Shown piece after piece: positions 32,669-43,230 of a stretch of 64,000 nt of DNA; the first letter of the stretch is position 1, and each line of letters opens with the position of its first letter. Under the pieces are notes generated by a model. It worked only from the letters and a program-made list of their open reading frames with translations. It was not told the DNA's origin and searched no databases. Both the position numbers and the translations under genes were made by a program. The stretch is from assembly GCA_963693365.1 (NCBI GenBank), contig CAVNZM010000016.1:5935029-5999028 (forward strand), read 5' to 3'. Origin of the DNA: Amoebidium appalachense. Its lineage: Eukaryota > Protista > Ichthyosporea.

Positions 32669-32945
32669 GGATATGCTGATAGTTGATTAATTAGTTTGAG
32701 TTCACTTACTTAATTTTTTTTTCATCAATTTTCGATCACATTGCCATGGCTATTCACGAAGGCCCGGGTGTGTGTATGAGTGAACATATGCGATACATAT
32801 GTGGTGCTGGGCACCAGGAAAGAAATCTTATTGGGTTGAGGGAGTGGCCAATAAACGTGCAATGATCCCATCGATCATCCCGTCACCAAAGCATGTTTCA
32901 TGAATCGTCAACTGTGTCTGCACTGTTTTTTGTCTGTGTGTGTTT

Positions 32946-32977
<32 letters not shown>

Positions 32978-33381
32978 ATCATGTGATTGTTATATGTGTG
33001 ACAAAACTGTGTGTATGAGGGGGGGGGGGGGGGGGGGGGCTGAATAGAAACCACGGTAATCACTCATACATTAAGAGTGCAGATATCCAGATGGATTAAT
33101 ATATATAGCAATTTCAAGAGAGCAGTGAGCCAATCGTGAATGTTCACGAATCAGTTCGTGGATAACTGGGACTGTTTAGGCTCTATGACTTTTCAACATC
33201 ACTGACTTACGGAACACACATAATGATTGTGCAAGGAACCACTTTATGATCCACGTCGCCCGTCTTCAATTTGAAACACGTTCATCCAGGAACGTGGGCC
33301 AGATTAGCATTCCCATTACAGATATAGTGCATGCGTTGGACTCGTTTCGGTTTTCAAAAAGTCAGCATTTATAAAGCATGT

Positions 33382-33427
<46 letters not shown>

Positions 33428-33461
33428 TCACTCACTCACACACACACTCACACTCACACAC

Positions 33462-34010
33462 GGTGGAGTGTGGAGTGATACCGCCGATTGTATTGGATGA
33501 TGACCTGATCAAAAAGCTTGCCAGGTTCTGTGTAACCGGAAAGTATCGATCGAGCGACGGGTCAGCAGCCAACGCGGTCTCCAGCAACCCACGTATAGTG
33601 CGGTGCAGACGCTCGATCTCACCATGCCCCTGGGGACTGAATGCTTTGAGATTCATGATAGTGATGCACCGCTGCGTACACCATGCCCTGAACTCGTTCG
33701 ATACAAAGCTGCCGCCGTTGTCGAGCCACAGTTCAATGATATCGGTGTCCATCAAAATGCGCTCCAGTAATCGGATAACTTCCTCTGTGGTTTCCGCTAC
33801 CGGTATCCCCCACCCATACTTGCTGTGATGGTCAATGCCCAAAAGCATGCGCCGTATACGCGTTGTAGGGTCTTCTGGACACCCACTGAAATCCAGGAGA
33901 ACCTGCCAGGGTCCGAATTTAATGTCAGCGTGCCATTTCCATCAAACTTTTAATAGGCGAAAGGTCTATCGTAATGGGCAAACGGTCTCCAAACATCCAC
34001 CTTTCCTTTT

Positions 34011-34069
<59 letters not shown>

Positions 34070-35091
34070 TTCCCCTCCCTCCCACCCCAGCTTTCACCTT
34101 CCCACACATGTCCAACTTACGATTAGTCCTGGCCTGTCGGCAGTAACAACCGTCCGTGGTTGGGGCTGCGCAGGGATGGTTTTCCGTATCAGGCATGCAG
34201 CACAGTTCCGGATTATTTTATCCATCAGTGCACGAACATTCCCCATAACAAGTGAGTACGGTGCATTGAAGGCAGCCATCGCAGAATCCCGGCCTAAGTG
34301 CCCCAGGCCGTCTGAGTCAGATGTGTGGGCGGCAAAGAGCTTTGAAGCGACTCATTGGCCCTCAGAACTCGTGTGGATAGCGCTGTTTCGCCAGTACCCT
34401 CCCTGAAAAACATACATTATAAATTGGTTAAAAGATATTCTACTTAACAACAACAACCCCCCCCCCCCCCCCCCCGTTTCCGCGGAAACAGTGACGCAAT
34501 TATGACGTCAACGATCTACTCTGTTTCCGCGGAAACAGTGACGCATTTATGACGTCATCGATCTACTCTGTTTCCGCGGAAACAGTGACGCAATTATGAC
34601 GTCATCCATCTACTCTGTTTCCGCGGAAACGGTGACGTCATCGTTTTTTATGGTGTGTAAACCCCTTTTTGGTGTTAAATTTTTCTTTTGAGTGTTAATT
34701 TTTTTTTTCTTCTTTTTCTGAAATCAAATTCGAACCATTCAACACTGCCCCAAATAACCGATTTAATCCATTCTCAAATTGAAAAAAAATAATAATTGTG
34801 CATGCTTGCAGTCAAACTTGATCCAATCGATAATGTAATATTCGAATAGACATACATTCCTTATTTGCCATCACTGATAATTAAATATAAGGCATTACTG
34901 TAATGTAATCCCACCTCTCCAATAGATGACCGGTGTTACAGTCAAATGTAACATTCCGCACCTTGCGCGAGGGTGAGACGTATTCTTTTAACCACTGGAC
35001 GCTGTAGATGTGATCGCCAGTGACATAGGTGTCAAATTCACGACAATATTCCCCATCACGAACGGCACTGACAAGCTGTACATATCGGCTG

Positions 35092-35155
<64 letters not shown>

Positions 35156-35220
35156 TCTGTGTCTGTGTGTGTACAGCCCGCAAAGAGGTCCCTTAATGTT
35201 AGTAATCTCATCATGTTCCA

Positions 35221-35221
<1 letters not shown>
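33462..35221 (-). pseudogene. Spliced integrase/transposase (HHCC zinc finger + rve DDE) with one in-frame stop
   Basis: Phase-consistent exons 35221-35175, 35088-34962, 34402-34121 and 33902-33462. They encode AAH..GHLGRD..IIRNCAAC, VLLD, GIDHHSKY, WLDNGGSF and SPQGHGEIERLHRTI. A TGA lies at 34352-34354, and downstream exons could not be resolved. Confidence 0.85.
34476..34643. repeat. 47-bp tandem repeat x3.5 with internal palindromes, inside an integrase intron
   Basis: Units start at 34476, 34523, 34570 and 34617 (gtttccgcggaaacagtgacgcaattatgacgtcatcgatctactct). Confidence 0.95.
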
Positions 35222-35256
<35 letters not shown>

Positions 35257-35462
35257 TGCCCCCTTCCCTTATCCCTTCCCCATGTCACAGCCAGAACGTA
35301 AACGCGGAGGTACCCCTAGCGTGATTATAGAAGTCATTCACCCCTACATTAATCCTCAGCACACAGTCCTTTTCGTCCCCCCCCCCCCCCCCCCCCCCCC
35401 CCACCCCCCTTCTTCTATGTGCAGGCAAATGCACATGGCACACACACACACACACACACACC

Positions 35463-35556
<94 letters not shown>

Positions 35557-35694
35557 GAGGACGGGGGGGGGGGGTTCCAGGAAAATCACGTATCCAACAT
35601 ATAGGCGGGTTACGATATTTTCCTGAACGGGGGGTTTAGGGGGAGTACGAATTTCCTGGACACGTGATTTTCCTGCAACAGGGGGGGGGGGGGG

Positions 35695-36435
35695 GGGAGA
35701 CACATGCACACACACATCGTGCACCGTGACACGGAGACACGGAGACACGGACACACACAAACTCACGGTGTGATACACACGTGCACACACACACCACACA
35801 CACCACACACACAAATACACACAGTAACAAACGAGCAGAAAACCCAAATGAACACACAGATGGTATGCACACATTTTCGCACAGCCCCCCCCCCCCCCCC
35901 CCCCCCCCACAAAAAAAAAAAAAACCTCCCGCCCATAAGAAGGACTCACAGGATTATAAGGTGGGAAAAGGGGAGGGGGCGGGAAGGTTAGGGGGAGACG
36001 TACACACACATCGTGCACCGTCACATCGGACACACACACACGTGTACAAACACACACACACACACATTGTGATACACACACTGCACCCAAGTGACAAACG
36101 AACACAAAATCCAAATGTATACACACACACATCTGCACACATTTTTGCACAGCAGCCCCCCCCCCCCCCCCCCCTCCCCCCTCCCCAAAAAAGAAATACC
36201 CCTGCAGCCCAAAAAAAGGATCCACAGGCCAGGGGGGAAGGGCGAGGGTGGGACACACATACCGTGGACCGTGAACCCGGCCGCAGACACACACACACAC
36301 ACATATACACACGTTGTGATACACATACGTGCACACACACACACACTCCACACGCGCACACGCACAAACACACACAGTGACAAAGGAACACAAAAACCAA
36401 ATGTACACACGGATATATGCACACATTTTCGCACA
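35695..36435. repeat. Degenerate 260-300 bp tandem repeat, ~2.6 copies
   Basis: The motifs gggagac.., gtgatacaca, agtgacaaa..ccaaatg, tgcacacatttt.gcacag and aagga..cacagg recur at ~35700, ~35995 and ~36250. Confidence 0.75.
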
Positions 36436-36527
36436 GAAAGGTGCATAGTAGCTATAGAGCCGGGGAGTCCCTTTCCGGGCACCGTGGGCCCATTAATGTA
36501 AACCGTTCCACTCTTTCAACGCCGGTT

Positions 36528-36880
<353 letters not shown>

Positions 36881-37316
36881 TCTTTTCGGTCGACGTCTGT
36901 TGATTCAAGCTAATCAGACAAGAAATGTAGGCTGCTGCACAGAAGGGCTTTTCTTGTGCACAGCCGCTATAATAATACTAGACTAGACAGATTATAAGAA
37001 GAGAAGCCACAGTCCCCCCCTCCGAATCCCCCCGCTCCCCCCCCCCCCCCCCCCCCCCCCAGCACCACCTTCATCACCACCCACTCCCCGGGTCCACCCC
37101 CCTTCTGAGTCTGTGAGGCCCACCTTTCCTCGCTCTCTCACGCCGTTTGTAAGTAAGACTCGGCGCAAGAGTAGAGTTCACTATATATTGTCAGAGGCTG
37201 TCCCAAAAAAGAAAGAAAGAAAGAAAACCGCAAAGCTTTAAATGCCACACCTTAGAGTACAACACTACGGCCTATAGGTACAGGGGAAAAGGGCCTGGGG
37301 AGGGGGGGGGGGGGGG

Positions 37317-37357
<41 letters not shown>

Positions 37358-37667
37358 GCGAGAAGGGGAAGGGAGGGGACAGGGGGAGGAAGTTGCATGG
37401 GTAGATTGTGCCTATAACCGGGTGTCGGTGCACAAGCACAAACAGTCCTGCATGATATTTCAAAGTACAAACTTTAATTTTTCATTTACCGTTAGAAAGG
37501 GTCGATCCATTCTGGAATAGGAACATCACTTCGACCTAGGCCTATGTGTGTGGTGTGTGTTGTGCAGTGGTGATGATAGTATGGTATCGCTTCCTTTAAC
37601 GGCTAAAGTTTGCGCACACATGCACACGACTTTCGATTTTCTTCGCCATGTAGGACCTCTCCCCCCC

Positions 37668-37702
<35 letters not shown>

Positions 37703-37819
37703 GGCCCCTGTGCGCCCGCCTGCCCGCCATCCGGCACTCGCTCCTTGCCTGCCCCCAGCTCTTTCGGAAGCGGAATTTCGGCCTTTACTCTCCGGGTGCC
37801 AAAAATACACAAGGGGAAA

Positions 37820-38595
37820 GGAAACTTGAATAGCCTGACAGATTTGTGAGTCTGTGGTCGTGCAAGAAAACTTGAACGTATTCCTGTCGCTCATTGAGGG
37901 CTGGTTAGGAGAGTTTGAATGTAACGGAATGAGCTCCAAAACAAAAACAGAAGAAAGATACTGTTACTGATTTAGCTATACTGTTTTCGTGCATTTGCTT
38001 TGTTTTTGAAACGGTATTGTATTGTGGATGTTGGGGGGTATTTGTGTTTAGTGGTGCATGTGCTTGTGGTATGTGTGTGTGTGTGTGATGGGGGGGGGGG
38101 GGGGGGGGGGGGAGGGGGGGAGGGGGGGGAGGGGGGAAGGGGGGGGGGGAGGGGGGTAAAAGGGAGTTATGAATGGTAGGTTGGGAGGCGGGGAGGTAGG
38201 GAGGGGGGTTTGGGGAGGGGGAATCATGCAGGGTTGGCCTTTGTGTGTTCAGTGTTATTTACGCCAGCATAAGACTGTGCAGATAACAAATACGGCTTTT
38301 GTCTGAAATGCATTGGCTGATGAAATTGCTGGTTTGGGGGGGGGGGGGGGGGGGGGAGGGGGGCACAGGGGAAGGGGGCACTATAAAGGAGGGAAAAGGG
38401 TTGGGGGAAAGGGGGGATGGGGTGGGGTGGGGTGGGGTGGGGTTGGGGGAGGGGGGGGGGGGGGGGGGAGGAGCACATCATATGTGTTAAGGGGTTCTTC
38501 GAAGGTAACTAACACTGTGGATGGAATGTTTTCGGGGCCACGGTACGTTTTTGTGGAGTGATGTTGTGTGTATGTGGGTTTTTTTTTTTTTTTTT

Positions 38596-38626
<31 letters not shown>

Positions 38627-38787
38627 GGGCAGGGAGGCAAGGAGGAAGGGAATGCACACAGGCAGGGCGATTGCGCTGTCATTAATTCGCCAAACGGCTG
38701 TGTGTGTCGGAGTTGGGCAGAACACTGCACTGCGCTCTGAGTAAGTACATACAAGAAATGTTCGAAGGTGAGAGGGTCTAGATCCAT
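37820..38787 (-). CDS. Possible multi-exon gene of unknown function
   Basis: An ATG at 38787 (MDLDPLTFEHFLYVLTQ..) is followed by several non-repetitive blocks separated by poly-C tracts, as in neighbouring genes. No consistent splice model or family was found. Confidence 0.2.
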
Positions 38788-39034
38788 AGTTTATTTCTGC
38801 TGTAAGGTGTGCGTTTCCTATTATGCTTGAGATCGGATTTCACAAATCCGGATAGATTGACCAATTTACGCCCGGGAGTATGCTATGAATAGTCGATGCG
38901 AGATTTGAATAGAATTATCCCGTTACTAACTTTTGGGGCCGTAATTCTTTACATACCCACCACATTACCTATGCAAGGCTTACCGTATCATGGTCTCTTA
39001 TTTTAAATCACTTTAACTCTTATAACACTATAAA

Positions 39035-39647
39035 CTAACGATTCAGACGGTCCAGATAGTTATACCAGTAGGGGGGCAGGGCAGCCCACGGCCACTCTGT
39101 AGCCATTCTGTTGTTTGGGTAGTGGTATTTGATGTTGTTTTTGATGACGTCAGAGAGACTGGCATAGGCTTGGTCCTCGGTGGCCCTGTTGGGGCAAGGG
39201 AATGTGGCCAGTGAGAAGGAGTCGGGGAAGGCAAGGGAAAGGGGTGAGTATGGGGATGAGGAGTGGGGAGGGTTGGGGAAGGGGGCGGTGGGGGCGGGGA
39301 GGGGGGGGGTGGAGAGAGAGAACAGGGGTGGTGGTTTGGGGAGACTAGAAGCGAGGGGAGGCTGGAGGGGGGCCGGAAGTTTTTTTTTCTTTTTTTTTCT
39401 TTTTTGGGGGGGTGGGGGGATGTGAGGGAGAGTGGCCAGTGAAACGTGTGGTACCCCTAATGTGCCGTGGAAGGGAAAAAGAGAAGGGGGAGTTGTTGGG
39501 GGGGGGGGGGGGGGGGGGGGTGAACAGGGGGTTGGTTTAAGGGGACGAAAAGCGAGGGGAGGCGGGAGGTGGGATCGAACGGTGTGTGTGTGTGTGTGTT
39601 GAGGGGAAGTGGGGTGTGGTGGTGGTGGTGGTGGTGGTGGTGGTGGT

Positions 39648-39678
<31 letters not shown>

Positions 39679-40790
39679 GGGGGGGGGAGGATGGTGGATG
39701 GGTTATGATATAAAGTTGGGGGTGCTTGAGGTCCACGGGCAACCAGCGACTGTCCCTTCCCCCCCCCACATACACACACACCCTCCCCCCCCCCCACACC
39801 CCACCCCAACCCCAACCCCCCTTGCCTCCTCCTCCTTCCCGGTGGGTTCCCCCGGACATTCCCCAACTCCTCCGATAGCCACCCTGCAACCTTTGAACCG
39901 TTTCGTCTTATCAACCTACAAACCAACACACTTATTTACTCATGGTGGTACACACACGCACAAACGGCAAAGTGAAACTTACCCAAATAGCAGCGTTCCG
40001 GCATTTGTTGTTCCAGCCACCACCGCATTCTTGAAAGGCTCGATGGAATCTCCATTAGGAACAAACTGCATAAAGGGTATCATTAGGGTTTAAGTTCTGA
40101 TAAATGAAATCTCCGTTTACCCGCGTTAATACAAAAAACCCCGTATTTACCAAGTGCCTTAGCTTCTTTACTGGCCAGGTGTTTAGAATCTAAGACCAAA
40201 AAAAAGGAAACACATTTCCAATCAGTTTCGGTTTAATGGCTTGCACAAAAAAAGAAACAGAACACTTACCCCACAGTATGGGCCCGGGCCGAAAGTTCCA
40301 GAGGAGCTGCTCCACAGAAGTGAGTAGCATCCATCTGCAAAAAGAAATTTACGTGTTAATAAAAGAGGAGGTGAGTCCGCGTTCTATCCATGTGTAACGA
40401 GTTGTTGTTCTGGTTTTTTGCCAAACGACTGTTAGGTCCAGTGGCATTACATCAACTCATCATTGGATGGTTTGCGGCTGTGAGTTCGAGTATCTATGAA
40501 GTGTTGCGACGAAAAATGCTGCGCACACGTAGGAGGTTCTGCAAAAGGAGCAGGGAGGAGGGCAGTAGGTAGGGGGGTTAGGGGGTTAAAGCACACGGGG
40601 TACCCCTTGCAAGCTTCCGAAGCCCTTCCTTGTTCACCCCTTCTTCCGAGCTCCCCCCCCCCCCCCCCCCCCCTCCCCCACACCGTAACGCAAAAAAGTG
40701 GCTGCATTTTCATACCTACCCAAGACCAGGACACCCCATTCCACACACTCTCTTCAAAGTCCCCCCTTCCCCTCCTCCGAATCCACAGCA

Positions 40791-40835
<45 letters not shown>

Positions 40836-41002
40836 AAAAAAAAAAGAAAAGAAAAGGAAAACAGAAAATAAAAGGAGAAAAGATAAAGACAAATACGAAA
40901 GTAAAGAAACACTGCACACAAGCACCATCGTATAACACCAACAGCGAAAACTAAAACTTTAATTGTTTTGCGGTAAGCTGTCAAGCGGCCATCTCTACCT
41001 CT

Positions 41003-41045
<43 letters not shown>

Positions 41046-43178
41046 CGCAAACCACACCTACAGACTGAGCCACAAACGAGGGCCTAGGGATCAATTTAGA
41101 TTAGCTGCAACAAAACCTCGCTAGGAGTCGCCACTGCAGCATCTCCAAAACCAAGGGGCAAACATAAGCACAAAAGATTCGTACTTGAAGCAGTTGGATA
41201 CCAGCGGCTGGTACTATCCTCGTAGATGATCATAACGTTCACAGGCCGGGGCAGCTCTGCAGATGGCCGCCATAGGCCGGTAGGCGGGGTGCCACCGCAG
41301 TTGTACACAATCAGGCCAGTAGGGTCTTTGGATCGAATGTATTTGACGATCTGTATGGGGAGAAAAGAAACAGAGAAATGGTTAGCACCGACCCAGCACA
41401 TTTTTTCTGGTTTAATAGACCGTCTTCATTGGTAGCTAGTAGAAGTGGCGGGTTTGATTTCGTTCGTTTTTCTGGTTCGATCCCTCCGACTTCCTAGTCT
41501 AATGATGATATTTACGGCCTAGGAAATTTGAGCATGGGCTGCAGGTTCCAAGTGCTCGTAGAACAAGGGCTCAAGAAGTTAAAAGTCATTGTTGTATATA
41601 CCTTAAGATATTGTGCAGTGTGGTTGTATCCCCAGAATTGCAGCGTATCTTGGTAGAGGTTGGACCCCTCGTCGATGAAGATGCCAGAAAACCCGGGCAC
41701 ACCGCGGAACACGTCGTACCAGATGTCAATGTCACGGTAGACGTCAGCAAGGTCACTGTTAAGGTAGAATAAGATACCGTCTTGCGTGTGTTGCGTATTT
41801 GGGATTTGCCTTGATGCTTGCGCCCCCCCCCCCCCCCCCCCTTTTTTTCCCCCCTCCCCCCACTCCCAGCTGCGGATGCCCCAGGCTTCCTCCCCACCTT
41901 CCCAACCCCACTTCCCCCTCTCCTTTCCCCGATTACAGCATATTTACCCCCCCCCCCCCCCCCCCCCTCCCCTTCCCCCTCCCCCCCCCCAACACGCACA
42001 CCCCGTCACTCCGTCCAAAGAGAGAGGAGAAAAAGATAAAAAACAAGATATGCATATATCACGTTGTGGAGGTGAATGAATCCAAAAGGATACATATCGC
42101 CTTGCCAAGATAAACAGTGCTTTTACCCCCAGAAACAATTAAAAACGCCCCTCCCGCCACCACCTCCCTCCCTGTAATGCCCCCCTCCTCCTCCCTCCCT
42201 CCCCCCCTTCCCCCGATTACAGCACATTCACCCCGGCCAACCCTCCCTCCCCCCCCCCACTTCCCCCCCCCTTCCCGGCCCCCCCGCACACACCCCGTCA
42301 CTCTGCCAAATAAAGAGAGGAGAAAAAGAGAGAAAACAAGATGAGCATCATAGTATCACATTGTGGAGGTGGATGAATTCAAAACGACGCACAACACGTT
42401 GAGTTTGATAAACAGTTCTTTTAACCCCAGAAAAAGTAATAAATGCCCCCCCCCCCCCCCCCCCCCTTTCCTGCCCCCCCCCCCCCCCTTCTTCCCCCCC
42501 CCCCCCCCCTCCTCCTCCTCCCGGAGGGCCTTAGACTGCAACATACCGATCCTAGAAAGCGAGGGTGCTTACCGGAAGCCGATTTGTTCCCATGTGGCTG
42601 TGCTCGGGTAGTAGTTGGTCTTCTTGGTGTAGATGTAGCCGATAGTGCGCCCACCGTGTGCGCCAATGAAGCTCATACATGTCTGCACGGGACACAACAA
42701 CATTAGTAAGTGCACACACAATCCGCCCAACCAAGTTTTTGCCTGCTTCTTTCTATGCTAAAAAAAAAGTGCGAGTGTGCAAGCAGTACCTTGAGTTTTG
42801 CTTGTGCTGACGGGTCGGGTGAGGTAGGCCCGTGCTCGAGGTTGACCACAGCTACAGTAGCCCCACAGCCCCGGGCTAAGGCTTGCCATTGCAGACCCGT
42901 GCACACAGTGTTGTCGGTGTTGGTGACTGGGGGCACGTAGAAGGGCACCAGGGCAACTGGCTTGCTGGTAGGGGGTGATGTGTTCTTGTATGTGCAGCAG
43001 GAGTCAACGCTCAGGCACGCTTTTTGGTTGCCTCCCTGCAGGCCATACGCTTGTGTTAGCCTAAATACTAAATCATTAGTACTGGGTAGCCAACCTACGT
43101 GCGGCGGAAATTAGGTTCCACATGAAAGAAGTTGTTTGTCTATAGTAACCGTATTTTGCTCTAACCCCCCCCCCCCCC

Positions 43179-43230
<52 letters not shown>

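Larger units (their letters stand above)
32472..35680 (-). mobile_element. Ginger-like (TGT...ACA) DNA transposon, 3209 bp, with long TIRs and a retroviral-type integrase gene
   Basis: TIR tgttgcaggaaaatcacgtgtccaggaaattcgtactccccctaaaccccc..ttggatacgtgattttcctgga at 32472-~32575 is mirrored at ~35576-35680. The symmetry extends inward through (TG)n/(CA)n. Both flanks are GGGG, so the TSD is ambiguous inside poly-G. Confidence 0.85.

Noticed and set aside
34476-34643. CRISPR-like array (palindromic repeat with regular period)
   Set aside because: The intervening sequences are near-identical rather than unique spacers, there are no cas genes, and the context is a eukaryotic intron.
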